Assembly (NCBI GenBank): GCA_902768365.1
Contig: CACXKV010000002.1
Span: forward strand, 53,978 to 117,977
Length of the DNA: 64,000 nucleotides
Direction of reading: 5' to 3'
From: an uncultured Bacteroidia bacterium
Lineage (GTDB): Bacteria; Bacteroidota; Bacteroidia; Bacteroidales; UBA932
The notes beneath the pieces were generated by a model that saw only the letters and a list, made by a program, of their open reading frames with translations, ran no database searches and was not told the origin of the DNA. A program made the translations under genes and the position numbers. Shown in pieces: positions 1 to 10,099 of the stretch (its first letter is position 1; each line of letters opens with the position of its first letter).

Positions 1-468
1 AATCTCGGAATTGAAAAGGTTACCCAGACGGATGAAGCATCCGGCGAACGCCACGGTGATGCACAGATGATCCATTATCCAAAGGAAGTCGAAACCGTTC
101 TGTTTCCCGTATTTGGCTGAGAACCACCACATTCCGAGCAGCAGGGCAATGGCTCCGCCATGGCTCGCCAGGCCGCCCTTCCAGGGCATGAATATCTCCC
201 AGAAGCCCTTCCACGAGCCGAAGTAATAGTCTGGCTGATAGAAGCAACAGTGCCCGAGGCGTGCGCCCACGATGGTGGCTATCAGAAGCGTATAGAGAAG
301 AGGATCCAGGAGTTCTTCCTTAATGCCTTCGCGGCGGAAGAACCAGCGGAAAATGTACCATCCGAGAATGAATCCCGAGATGAACAGCAGGCCGTACCAA
401 CGCACCTGCAGGGGGCCCAGGTGGAACATCACCGGGTCTATGTTCCAATGTATTGCAAGCTGTACCAT
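1..468 (-). CDS. lgt: prolipoprotein diacylglyceryl transferase (5' part; runs off window start)
   Basis: Not in the ORF track. Manual translation from ATG at 468 gives MVQLAIHWNIDPVMFHLGPLQVRWYGLLF...IVGARLGHC...GGLASHGG...FIRLGNLFNSEI, which carries the Lgt signature motifs. Confidence 0.95.
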   Translation of the reverse strand, partial: MVQLAIHWNIDPVMFHLGPLQVRWYGLLFISGFILGWYIFRWFFRREGIKEELLDPLLYTLLIATIVGARLGHCCFYQPDYYFGSWKGFWEIFMPWKGGLASHGGAIALLLGMWWFSAKYGKQNGFDFLWIMDHLCITVAFAGCFIRLGNLFNSEI

Positions 469-544
469 TTATGTTCAATCTGCCCACAATAGGGCGCAAC
501 TTTCAAATATACGCAAAAAAATTTTTTTCTACTGAAAATTTGTG

Positions 545-552
545 TACCTTTG
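545..552 (+). promoter_or_regulatory. Bacteroidetes sigma-70 -7 element for tRNA-Val
   Basis: TACCTTTG matches TAnnTTTG, 10 bp upstream of the tRNA. Confidence 0.7.
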
Positions 553-562
553 CAATCCTTTC

Positions 563-637
563 GAGGGTTTAGCTCAGTTGGTTTAGAGCGCTTGCTTGAC
601 AGGCAAGAGGTCACTGGTTCAAATCCAGTAATCCTCA
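563..637 (+). tRNA. tRNA-Val(GAC)
   Basis: Cloverleaf: acceptor GAGGGTT/AATCCTC, anticodon arm CTTGC-TTGACAG-GCAAG, T-loop GGTTCAAATCC. Confidence 0.96.
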
Positions 638-641
638 CAAC

Positions 642-673
642 AAAGTCCCCCGGCCATTTGGTCGGGGGCTTTT
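642..673. terminator. intrinsic (probably bidirectional) terminator
   Basis: AAAGTCCCCCGGCC-ATTT-GGTCGGGGGCTTTT hairpin between the tRNA and the convergent recombinase. Confidence 0.8.
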
Positions 674-725
674 CGTTAAATACTGGCCTGGCCATCGGTG
701 CCGCAGTAAACAATCTCCGGTAGGG

Positions 726-1640
726 CTAAAGCGTCAGCTGGATGCTGTTGACGCAGGCTTTCTTTTTGTCGAATCCCGGATGGACGTAGAGTTCGAGGGT
801 GGTGTTGATGCTGGAATGGCCGAGCAGCACGCTCACGGTCTTGGCATCGAATCCGGCCTCGATGCAGCGAGTAGCGAAGCTGTGGCGCAGCGCATGGAAA
901 TTCCTGCGCGGGATTCCCAGCTGGTCTTGAAAAACATTGAAGAAGTACCGGTACGCGCGGGGCTCCGTCGGCTTGGGGCTGCCCGTGAGCACAAAATCAT
1001 CTTCTTTCCGGCCGGAGGCCATCCTCGGAATGAGGCCCATGAGGTCGTCGGAGATGGGTATCTCGCGGGATGAACTCGGGGTTTTGGGGGTGCCGATGAT
1101 GATCTCGGTGCCGAGCCCCGCCCTGCCAGGCCGGCAGACCCTTGAAAGGGTGCTCTGCACGCGGATAACCCCGGCCCGAGCGTCTATATCTGCCCACCTC
1201 AGGGCGCATAGTTCCCCTATGCGCATGCCGCTGGCCAGGGCCAGATAGATGCCGAAGGCACGGGGGTTGGGGTTTTCGAGAACTGCCCGCAGAATCAGGC
1301 GCTGATCTTCCAGGCTGAATTGTTTAAGCGGCCGGCCGGCATGGTGGGCAGGATAGCGTATGCACCAGTCGGGCTTTTCGCATAGCCCCTTTTCCGCTCC
1401 GTGGCGCAGCACCATCCTCGCCACCAGCACAATCTGCTGCACCGTGCCCAGGCCATAGCCCATGTCCAGTTTCTCCAACACGAAGTCCTGCAAATCCCCT
1501 TCGGAGATGCTGGTGGCATCCCCGAAGGCAGGAAGGACGTGGGTGTGAAGCAAAGCCTCGTATGTAGCAAAAGAGGCCTTCTTCACGAATCGCTGTTTGT
1601 CGATCTCCCACTGAAGTGCGAGTTCGCTGAATGTGATTAT
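726..1640 (-). CDS. tyrosine site-specific recombinase/integrase
   Basis: Catalytic set intact: GMRIGE (R), TPKT (K), HALRH, LLGH, LELY. The frame stays open 18 codons above the GTG at 1586 (IITFSELALQWEIDKQRFVKK), so the start is uncertain (ATA 1640 or GTG 1586). Confidence 0.9.
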   Translation of the reverse strand: MITFSELALQWEIDKQRFVKKASFATYEALLHTHVLPAFGDATSISEGDLQDFVLEKLDMGYGLGTVQQIVLVARMVLRHGAEKGLCEKPDWCIRYPAHHAGRPLKQFSLEDQRLILRAVLENPNPRAFGIYLALASGMRIGELCALRWADIDARAGVIRVQSTLSRVCRPGRAGLGTEIIIGTPKTPSSSREIPISDDLMGLIPRMASGRKEDDFVLTGSPKPTEPRAYRYFFNVFQDQLGIPRRNFHALRHSFATRCIEAGFDAKTVSVLLGHSSINTTLELYVHPGFDKKKACVNSIQLTL

Positions 1641-1677
1641 ATCGTATTAAAACTAGTTTTCAGTGATCAGCAAAAGG

Positions 1678-4491
1678 CTACGGTGTTGCAGCTGGATCCA
1701 CAAACGTGAGTGCCATTTTATACAGGCCATCAGCCGGGGCGGACGCATTATCGGTGGCACCTGCCTGAAAGTCTTTGGCATGGGCAGCCGTTAAGGCTCC
1801 AACTGATACTTCTGCATACCAGTCGTCCCGCCAGGTATGGCTGCCATCCTCAGGAGCATTGTGCTTACCACTGGTGGAATGGTAGAATCGTAACTTCCAG
1901 GACTCATCGAGTGAAGTGAAGAATGCCGCATGCCTGTATACGCCGATATGGTATCCGGTGTTATTCGCAAACGTGAATCCTTCGTAACTGGCATCCGCAA
2001 CACGATTATCTATTTCCGTGGTTCCGGACGCATTGAAGGCTACTTTACCAGTGTTAGCCGGATCTATTGTCTCAAAGTGTGCCGGGTCGTATATGATACC
2101 GCTCTTGAAACGCTCATTTGAACCAAATGCGGTGGTAAGGTTTGTGGGAGCAAAACTGCCCAAAGGAAGGAACAGATACCTGCGCTCCTGGGTTGCGGAG
2201 CCGCTGATAGTCTGATTGAAAGAGCTGTCGCTGTAACTTACCTCAGCGGTGTAGTCACTTCCTTTAAACGTCTTGGTGAGGAAAGGCACTTTATAGGTAT
2301 AGATTCCTCCGACCGGCCCTGTCCTATCAGTTGCGGATGCAAGACTGTAATTCTGCTTCTGTTGTGTATAAGGCGTTCCGTTATAGGTTTCTGTGAGAGT
2401 GATTGTCACATTTCCTGTAGCACGGCGGGTCTTGAATACAACGTAATTGTAGCTGTTCCCTGCTCCATAATAATCGGAAGCCACAATCTTGACAACGGCA
2501 AGGTCTCCGTCTTCAAACACGGGGTCACCATTTTCAAATGTATCCGATGCCTGCTCAAAATACTCGTTATAAGCATGTATCCTGGTCTTGCTGGATGCAG
2601 TATTGGTCTTGTACCAAACATCCACCAATTTGTATCTGATACCATTAATGACTTTGAATCTGGCAGCCTCATATTCGGAATATGTAATGGTCTTGACAAA
2701 CTGGAACGAGTTATCCGATGCGTGACCGGGCAAAATAGATTTTCCGACATTCACTGGCAACTGGTTCTGCGTGGCATCAGGATAGATCGTCTTGCTTTCC
2801 GGCTCCATCAAAAAGCTGAGGGGGAACAAGTTCTTGCTGATACCGTCGGGCACAAGAAGCTGAGCGTTCAGGGTGGACCCGCTGGTGCTGGGGACTACGT
2901 CGGTGCAGTCTACCCTCAAAGAATAAGGCAATCTGGAGACGACGGTGATATCGCGGAACAATGTCTCATAGGTGGGAGACTCATTGATATATACGCGGAT
3001 AACAGCCGTTTTAGGTGTCGCCGTAGGCGCTGTCAGCGTGAATTTGATAGGGTTGTAATCTTCAGAATCAGGAGATACGCTATAGTCAACATATGGCTCC
3101 ACAGTGAACATGCCATCATCTTCTTCGAGCATCTTAAGCTTCACATCCTGACGGAGTCCATCATAAGTGTAGGCTTTCGTTTTCAGATTCTGCTTGGCAC
3201 CTGCATCGTTGTACATGGCATAAATCTTATTCACGAACAACCTGCGCTTATCATTACCATCGCTGACGTTATTTACTCCTTCTGCAAGAATAGACGCGGA
3301 AATGTTGTTAGCTGCAGGCTTCGTGGCCGCTTCATATGCTGAACTGTATCCTTCGAAGGTAACACCATTGATGTTGATCACATAACTGAAATTACGAAGG
3401 ATGTTGTAGAAAGTTGCAACACCGGCTCCGTTCTCTATTTCTTCATCTGTATAGCCGTATCCCTCGGTTTCCTTATACGTGATATCGATTTTATAGTACG
3501 TATTATTGGCACCACCGTCATATATCCCTCGGATAATCATGAAAGTTTTACCCTTCTCATCTCCATCTGCATTGGGGCTTTCATACATGTAAAACGGCTC
3601 ACTATTATAATGGTCGCCATCCTTTGTCACCGGATTGAAAGTCAGTCCGGAATTCCCCGTCCCTGAAGTCGGAGTAGGCCTGGTCCACTCTACGTCAAGA
3701 GGACGGTAACCCCTGAAGTGCTGGGTGTTAAGGAGATCCTTATATGTAGCCATTGTTGTGTTTAAAGTTCCGTTCTGATTTGTTGTTGTATAGAAGGTTG
3801 CAAAACCTCCGGAATATGTATTGTACGGTGCGACACAACCAGATGAGGGAACATTCAAAATAGTGAAACCATTGGGGACGAATATCGGGTCCTTACAGTT
3901 AACCGTAATCTTTGCAAAGTTACGGAGAAGTGGCACCCGGCGGAAATGACTGCTTTCATCTATGCCGTCAACCAGAATGCGTGCCCAATAGGCATCAACA
4001 CCATTGCTGACAGTCAAACCTTTCATGAAGGTACCTTCCGAGCCGTATGTGTATTGTTGGGTAACCGAGTACGAGTCGTCATCGACGGCGACAAAGTGAA
4101 GACGCCGGGGATTCTTGGAACGGGTGAGTTCAACTGAAAAAACGGTTTCATCTGCAGCTACAGCATCGTCGTCAGGAGGAATGGTGGACGGTTGCGGACT
4201 CAGAACTTCAGCATCGGCGAATTCAGTAAACAAGCCGTACTGGTCGAAAACATAAACGCGCAATTTCAGACGGTCGCGTTTTGTTTTGTCCATCTCGTCA
4301 AAGGCCTTGGTGCTCTTTTCTCCATCCCCCCAGTTATCAGATTCCCTGGAAGCAAAGCCTACACCGAAGGATACCCGCACTTTATCCCCCGACAGTTCGT
4401 TATCGCGGTCAATAGAGCGTATATTCTCTTTCACGCATGATGCGGCAAGCAGCACGAGGCAGGAAAGCAGTATGTATTTCAGACTTTTCAT
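1678..4491 (-). CDS. type V pilus minor/tip pilin lipoprotein (937 aa)
   Basis: Lipobox LAASC, STKA processing-like site, VPLLRNFAKITV and NILRNFSY pilin motifs, position in pilin cluster. Confidence 0.8.
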   Translation of the reverse strand: MKSLKYILLSCLVLLAASCVKENIRSIDRDNELSGDKVRVSFGVGFASRESDNWGDGEKSTKAFDEMDKTKRDRLKLRVYVFDQYGLFTEFADAEVLSPQPSTIPPDDDAVAADETVFSVELTRSKNPRRLHFVAVDDDSYSVTQQYTYGSEGTFMKGLTVSNGVDAYWARILVDGIDESSHFRRVPLLRNFAKITVNCKDPIFVPNGFTILNVPSSGCVAPYNTYSGGFATFYTTTNQNGTLNTTMATYKDLLNTQHFRGYRPLDVEWTRPTPTSGTGNSGLTFNPVTKDGDHYNSEPFYMYESPNADGDEKGKTFMIIRGIYDGGANNTYYKIDITYKETEGYGYTDEEIENGAGVATFYNILRNFSYVININGVTFEGYSSAYEAATKPAANNISASILAEGVNNVSDGNDKRRLFVNKIYAMYNDAGAKQNLKTKAYTYDGLRQDVKLKMLEEDDGMFTVEPYVDYSVSPDSEDYNPIKFTLTAPTATPKTAVIRVYINESPTYETLFRDITVVSRLPYSLRVDCTDVVPSTSGSTLNAQLLVPDGISKNLFPLSFLMEPESKTIYPDATQNQLPVNVGKSILPGHASDNSFQFVKTITYSEYEAARFKVINGIRYKLVDVWYKTNTASSKTRIHAYNEYFEQASDTFENGDPVFEDGDLAVVKIVASDYYGAGNSYNYVVFKTRRATGNVTITLTETYNGTPYTQQKQNYSLASATDRTGPVGGIYTYKVPFLTKTFKGSDYTAEVSYSDSSFNQTISGSATQERRYLFLPLGSFAPTNLTTAFGSNERFKSGIIYDPAHFETIDPANTGKVAFNASGTTEIDNRVADASYEGFTFANNTGYHIGVYRHAAFFTSLDESWKLRFYHSTSGKHNAPEDGSHTWRDDWYAEVSVGALTAAHAKDFQAGATDNASAPADGLYKMALTFVDPAATP

Positions 4492-4503
4492 TTGTTTGCC
4501 GTT

Positions 4504-7230
4504 TTAATCGTTATCACCAAGGTGCCAGGTGTTTGCATATGTGTCGTGCTCCGGGCCCCAATACCAAAGGTCGTAAACGCAGCGAGGGGCGGTAGGAGTA
4601 GTGTTATTGGGTTCCAATTGAACCACATTATTACGAAGAACCACCTTTCCATTTGCACACCAATAACCATCGGTATCAGTCGGTGTCGTCATTAGGAACA
4701 ATGTAGGGATGGTTCCACTCGTCGACAGGCTCATTATAAATTTCACCTCTGAATATGTGGGCAGGCGCCAGCGCCCGGCGGGATAACCGTCCTCTTGATA
4801 GAGGGCGCAACGCATCCTGGCTCTTGCCAACGTCATATCCCTATCTGACCCGTTATTATCATATGAGGTCTTCCCGTATGAAGATGCGATGAGAATCTCG
4901 GGAGCAATCATCGACGAAGTTCCGTTAGGATCCGTGGGGTAATAATTGGAAACTCCCGAAGAAGTAAGTCGATATCGCCGTGAATAAGAGTATCTAGCAC
5001 GATGATAAGTGTAGCCATTTCCTCTTGGAGTACGCCAATAGTAATAGTTATTATAGAAATATGCGTTCTCCTCAGATGGATAATTGGCCCAACTTGGATT
5101 ACCAATGCCAGTATATTGATTGTTCTGAGTATTCTCAGTCCTGGTAACCAAAGAAGGATTTCTCAAATATTCACCATAGTCAACGTAGTAAGTTCCATTC
5201 TCAGTGGTGTACGATCCGAAGGATTGAGCCTCTTCCAAACTATAAGTGTAGAACGTTCCGGTAGACCAACTCGTGTTGGCGTTCCCCAGAAGATTATCAG
5301 CGGTAGAAACCCTTGGATCCCCAAGAACGTATTCGTCGGTGGAGAAAGAAGATATCTTAATGGAATACAACATCGGATTGGTATTGGTCCCGGTCGCTGT
5401 AAGGCTAGCAGCATCGTTCCTTGCATTAATTGAGCCAATCCATTGGTTATTACCTGTATAGACATTAGTTACATCAGCCGTATTAACTGTTCCATTTACA
5501 AACATGACACCATTCGAAAGATTGCCTTCGATTGAGATAGGAGGATACTGGGTGAATATGATTTCCTCGTCGTTCACAACACCATTCGAGACATTCACAT
5601 ATACATTGACGGGTGTGTACTGCGATGCGGGAATTGTATGTGTCAGGGTAATATAACCTTCGTTAGTTGTAGCGTTTGCAACGTAAGAGGCATAAACACC
5701 AGTTGATGTCTCGTAACTCTGATATACATCCCACTCCCCTGTGGTAGCATTTTGGGTATAATAGTAGATTCTGTTTGGCTGATCTGGAGTTATCCTCGCC
5801 ATGCGGACAATCTTATTCTTGTAGTTAAGATACTCGATCTTTTCTACCGTCACGGTTACAGGATGCGAAGAAGCATACTCCACACCATGCGAAGCCACAT
5901 TGTTGAGCGTATCCCGGTGGGTCGCCACTGCAAGATACGATGTCTGGGACATGTTGACATTGGATTCAGAATGAAATGTGTCATCATTCATCGTACTCCA
6001 ATCGAGAACAATGTAGGTGCTGGGATAAAGGTCAACCTTGTCTTCGAGTTCAAAACTGCCGATGATACCCACAGTAACTTCCATGCGGTAGTAACGGTTA
6101 TGCTTGAGCTGGTAGGTCGGGTCGGTGGGATTGACAGCAATGGGAATCTGATAATAGGTATTTGTTACTTTATCCACAGTGCCATCATCATTCAACTTCT
6201 TCCAGGGAAGCACGAGGGTCATATGCGTCTCGTTCGCAGGAGTGTTCTTCCAGTCCAGGGTGGGATATGAGTACATGGGAACCGTGTGCTCGTAAGACTT
6301 GGAAACGGTTTCCTCTCCGGATTTATTCTCGGTTGTCAAGAGCATGCGATGCCCATAATCATCGAGCAAGGTATTTGAAGATTCCTCTGCAAAGTAGTTG
6401 TCGCTTGTATTCGCAAAATCATAGCGATAACTATCGTCCATGGCGCAAACGATTCCTTTCTTAACTCCATGAACAAGCATAGCCTTCATCCCCTCGGGAT
6501 AGGGAACCCAGATAAACCCATTTCCATCCCTGACCCTGAGGTCGTTGCCGTTACCATCATCTTCACAATAAACGCTCTCCGGAATGGTAACTTTCAGCCG
6601 CACCTTGGATGCGGACCTGTAGAGCGGGACAGTCCCGGACACATAATAACGCCCGGCCTGCAAGGTTCTGGTAATTTCAGTACTGCCCTCCATCACAAAG
6701 CTCTCCTGCGCTATGCCGTCCTGGTTGGAATCAACCCGGTTGAAATTGCTCTCCGCAACCAATTGGCGGAGATATACGCGCTTTTCTGTACCAGAGAAAG
6801 TCCCTGTATAGTTAGCAATGACGTATACTATACATCTATCGCCACCGGCAAAGATTCTGTCGAGAACCGTCCTGTCTGCAACATCTGCCAAGGTATAGGT
6901 AGTATTTGCCCCGACGTTATCCTTACGTATATAATGTACCGCAGAGGCAGAAGGAAGCGGATTGTCCAAATAATCAACACCGTCATCATCCGCTGATCCA
7001 TCAAGATAGAAAAAGAAATCAAGCCTCTTGAGGTAGTTCTCATTATAATTTTCCTCTCCGGGAGAACCTGCGGTAATCTGGGTGACGGTGCTTTTTGTGC
7101 CGGTGCCAATGCCGTTAACTGCAACGCCGATGCTGATGTTGGATGCATCCTGTGGAGCATCCATTTCCGCACCTCTGGAACACGCTAGCAGCGTAAAGGC
7201 TATGGCGCAATATGTCAATAACTTCTTCAT
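4504..7230 (-). CDS. type V pilus tip pilin (FimC/D/E-like) with C-terminal CLec-like domain (908 aa)
   Basis: Lipobox LLAC, GTKS site, VYVIANY, PLYRSASKV, LKHNRYY, C-terminal GRWRLPTYSE..YW..RCVYD. Confidence 0.8.
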   Translation of the reverse strand: MKKLLTYCAIAFTLLACSRGAEMDAPQDASNISIGVAVNGIGTGTKSTVTQITAGSPGEENYNENYLKRLDFFFYLDGSADDDGVDYLDNPLPSASAVHYIRKDNVGANTTYTLADVADRTVLDRIFAGGDRCIVYVIANYTGTFSGTEKRVYLRQLVAESNFNRVDSNQDGIAQESFVMEGSTEITRTLQAGRYYVSGTVPLYRSASKVRLKVTIPESVYCEDDGNGNDLRVRDGNGFIWVPYPEGMKAMLVHGVKKGIVCAMDDSYRYDFANTSDNYFAEESSNTLLDDYGHRMLLTTENKSGEETVSKSYEHTVPMYSYPTLDWKNTPANETHMTLVLPWKKLNDDGTVDKVTNTYYQIPIAVNPTDPTYQLKHNRYYRMEVTVGIIGSFELEDKVDLYPSTYIVLDWSTMNDDTFHSESNVNMSQTSYLAVATHRDTLNNVASHGVEYASSHPVTVTVEKIEYLNYKNKIVRMARITPDQPNRIYYYTQNATTGEWDVYQSYETSTGVYASYVANATTNEGYITLTHTIPASQYTPVNVYVNVSNGVVNDEEIIFTQYPPISIEGNLSNGVMFVNGTVNTADVTNVYTGNNQWIGSINARNDAASLTATGTNTNPMLYSIKISSFSTDEYVLGDPRVSTADNLLGNANTSWSTGTFYTYSLEEAQSFGSYTTENGTYYVDYGEYLRNPSLVTRTENTQNNQYTGIGNPSWANYPSEENAYFYNNYYYWRTPRGNGYTYHRARYSYSRRYRLTSSGVSNYYPTDPNGTSSMIAPEILIASSYGKTSYDNNGSDRDMTLARARMRCALYQEDGYPAGRWRLPTYSEVKFIMSLSTSGTIPTLFLMTTPTDTDGYWCANGKVVLRNNVVQLEPNNTTPTAPRCVYDLWYWGPEHDTYANTWHLGDND

Positions 7231-7234
7231 TCCG

Positions 7235-8788
7235 CTAGTTAATGTTTTGCTTTATAACGAACTGACCACCGATACTTATCGGATTCACATAAAGAGACTG
7301 CGAGGAGGAAGGGTTGCTCGGGTCCACGGGTACGGTGCGGCACATAAAACGCAGTATAGCGTACTGGCTTGTGGAGGTATTCCCCTTTGCCTTGATCTCT
7401 ATTCTGGATTCGCTGCCAACCATTCCTTCAACCATTAAGCTATTATTACTGAACACTATAGAGCCATCTTCGCTACCCTGGATGGACTCCAGCATTGCAT
7501 ACCACGTCCCCTGGTATGGCGTGTCAAAAATGAAGCTGCCAACCAGGTTGGTTCCCGGCTTAAGGACAAGAACCTTGTAGGTCCCTTCAACGCCGTCGAT
7601 CGTGAACGTCGCTTCATTAGTGCAGTTCGATCCGGTACCCGCCTCAAATGTATCGGGATCCCAGGTCAGCTGCTTCGTGATGGTAACGCTCTCAGTGTAG
7701 TCACTAGTCCCCAACCAATACTCCCAAGGCTGAACCTGAACGCTGAGGTTGATAGCATCATTGGTGGCTATAGTGAAAGTGTATACATACTTTTTATTCT
7801 GCTGCCATTCATCTATGCCCGGCACACTGTCAAGCTCAATTTCAGCCTGCTTATTGATATTGAACGAGCCGTCTTTCTGGTTGTAATTGATGATTACGGT
7901 AACTTTTCCCGCTCCCGTACCATGATCCATATCCTGGGGTATCAATAAAACAGGATTGGTAGAGCAGGATTTGGCTGTAGCATACTCAAGTTCAACAGCG
8001 CCGGTGAAAGCGACAGCGGCATTTGCATTTTCCCTCTCATTGGAAAGGTCCTCCCAACTTGAATTACCCTGACGGAATACGCCGGAACTATAGTCTTTGA
8101 TTATTTTTACAGAAGTAACCTCAAGTGTCACATCGTCGTAATCCTCAAAGGTCTTTGCCTTGAACTCAATCCAGGAAAGACGGTGGTGGAATTCAAGACC
8201 GACGACTCCGTCCACGGGGTCGCAATTGGCATAGGTCTTATCGGTAACAAGAGCGGAAGTCATAAAATCATCTCGCCCAGTTGTGGCATTGAATTTTATG
8301 TCCGGAAGATCCTGCGATGTTTTGGTATAAGTATTTGTAGTATTCTTTTCGTAAAGAACAGCGGAAGCATTATATGGACTGTATGCCCAGAAAGAAATTG
8401 TATTCTCTTCATTTGATGGCCAATAACGGAGAGGACTGTATGTATAGGCGCCCCCATTCTTTTCCACCTGCTGATTGAACATGAAGTTGGGCTGGCGGGT
8501 GGCAGACCAATGAGCTACAGTGCCGTTTTCAACATCACCCTCCTGGAAGAAAGCGAAAACGCCAAAGGTGGAGCCATCTACAAGTTCGGTTGTAGCCTTG
8601 GTTTCAGAGACGGAAGAGCCGAATCTCAGCGGTTTGTCGCCGCAGAGGTCTGCCCAGTAGTCCTCTTCGTTGAAACGCGGGTGCTCCTTGGCGCAGCCAA
8701 TGGCCGCCAGCGCTATGAGAAGCATCGCGCCGGTTTCCTTTAACCGCCCCTTAAAGGAAGAAATGTATGTTGTGCGTTTTTGAAACAT
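7235..8788 (-). CDS. fimbrillin-family lipoprotein (minor pilin)
   Basis: Lipobox AIGC, ETKA, FGVFAF, YSPLRYWP, SFWAYSPY, FHHRLS fimbrillin motifs; start codon uncertain. Confidence 0.85.
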   Translation of the reverse strand: MFQKRTTYISSFKGRLKETGAMLLIALAAIGCAKEHPRFNEEDYWADLCGDKPLRFGSSVSETKATTELVDGSTFGVFAFFQEGDVENGTVAHWSATRQPNFMFNQQVEKNGGAYTYSPLRYWPSNEENTISFWAYSPYNASAVLYEKNTTNTYTKTSQDLPDIKFNATTGRDDFMTSALVTDKTYANCDPVDGVVGLEFHHRLSWIEFKAKTFEDYDDVTLEVTSVKIIKDYSSGVFRQGNSSWEDLSNERENANAAVAFTGAVELEYATAKSCSTNPVLLIPQDMDHGTGAGKVTVIINYNQKDGSFNINKQAEIELDSVPGIDEWQQNKKYVYTFTIATNDAINLSVQVQPWEYWLGTSDYTESVTITKQLTWDPDTFEAGTGSNCTNEATFTIDGVEGTYKVLVLKPGTNLVGSFIFDTPYQGTWYAMLESIQGSEDGSIVFSNNSLMVEGMVGSESRIEIKAKGNTSTSQYAILRFMCRTVPVDPSNPSSSQSLYVNPISIGGQFVIKQNIN

Positions 8789-8813
8789 TCTTTAAATCTC
8801 GTTACATTGGGAC

Positions 8814-8840
8814 CTCTCCGCCCGGTCAGGGGCGGGGAGG
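8814..8840 (-). terminator. stem-loop after major pilin 2
   Basis: CTCTCCGCCC-GGTCAG-GGGCGGGGAG inverted repeat. Confidence 0.55.
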
Positions 8841-8853
8841 CAAAAAGCAAATT

Positions 8854-10002
8854 TTAGATAGTAAGAGTACCAGTACCAGCATCAACCCAGTTGGCAACAC
8901 TGCCGGTGAACTTGATTTCCTTCAAACCAATTACGAAGGAATAAGTGTACCACTTGTTGATTTCCCAAGAAGTAAGAGCGGCAGCAGGGCTTCCGAACTC
9001 AATGATATTGAGCTTCTTCTCAACAGTGTTGTGTGTGGTTTTTCCACCCTGAATGATGTCATAGTTAATGGTGATAACAACTTCATCCGCAATAGTCTGA
9101 GGAATGAACAGGAAATCAGTATCAGCGCTTGTAGCGTTGCCATCAGAACCATTGTTGAGCTTTGGAGTATCCTTAACAAGTTCCTGGCCACCGTCACCTT
9201 CATCAAAAACAGGAATAACATGGGCAGCAGGAGTGTTTGCAGTAGTACCCCAACTGAAAGTTGTAGTTCCAAGATTTCCAGGAGTTCCAGGGACGGCATA
9301 GGAAGGAGTAAGAGTACCTTTGGTGTTCACATCTGCAAGGCTGACGGAAGTAAGAATGATCTTGTCTCCGGAAGCAAGTTCCACATTGTGGCTGAACTTG
9401 AAGTTCACTTTTGAAAGCATGTGATTGAAGGTGAGGGGAACCACACCGTTAACAGCCTTAACACCATTAGTGTTCTCAGCATCGCCACTTTCCCAATAAT
9501 ACTGATCGTTTGCAACATCAGAAACCATGAAGTCTACCATGTTAGCAACAGCAGTAGGCTGAGTGAAACCGAAAGTTCCAAGGCCTGCAGTTGCAGAAGA
9601 AGGCTTAGAAGTAATTGCAGCATTGTTATACGGATAGTAGCCGTAGAATGACAAAACATTAGTCGTCGTTTTAGGCCAGTAACGAACAGGATCCGTTGCA
9701 GTAGCAGTTTCAGAAGTGTTGGCATCATAATCAACAAGAGCATTATCCATAAACTCAGGCTTCACTGCTCCTGCATTATTTGCAAGAGAATTAGTTCCAT
9801 TCGAATAGCCATAGATACCGATTTTAGAACCGGCAGGAAGAGCACCATTGTTCACGAGAGTAGCGTCAGCTTTACTCTGGGTACGGGGAGCATAGTTACT
9901 GAAACCGATAGGGGTTTCCTCAGTAACCTGGTAGGATTCAACCTTGGCGCAAGAGGCCAGGGCGAGCGCAGCAGCAGCTGCGATGATCAAATACTTTTTC
10001 AT
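8854..10002 (-). CDS. fimbrillin-family major pilin
   Basis: Lipobox LASC, PIGF..QSKA, RYWP, SFYGYYPY, FNHMLSKV, C-terminal donor-strand-like VANW. Confidence 0.88.
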   Translation of the reverse strand: MKKYLIIAAAAALALASCAKVESYQVTEETPIGFSNYAPRTQSKADATLVNNGALPAGSKIGIYGYSNGTNSLANNAGAVKPEFMDNALVDYDANTSETATATDPVRYWPKTTTNVLSFYGYYPYNNAAITSKPSSATAGLGTFGFTQPTAVANMVDFMVSDVANDQYYWESGDAENTNGVKAVNGVVPLTFNHMLSKVNFKFSHNVELASGDKIILTSVSLADVNTKGTLTPSYAVPGTPGNLGTTTFSWGTTANTPAAHVIPVFDEGDGGQELVKDTPKLNNGSDGNATSADTDFLFIPQTIADEVVITINYDIIQGGKTTHNTVEKKLNIIEFGSPAAALTSWEINKWYTYSFVIGLKEIKFTGSVANWVDAGTGTLTI

Positions 10003-10099
10003 AACGCGTTTGAAATTTAATAAATTGTTTTTAATAATTATAATTTTTTATCATTTGGACCCTGACGCACTGTCAGGTTCGCCAGGGCAAAAAGTATTA

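Noticed and set aside
160-492. 110-aa plus-strand ORF
   Set aside because: It is a shadow of lgt on the minus strand.
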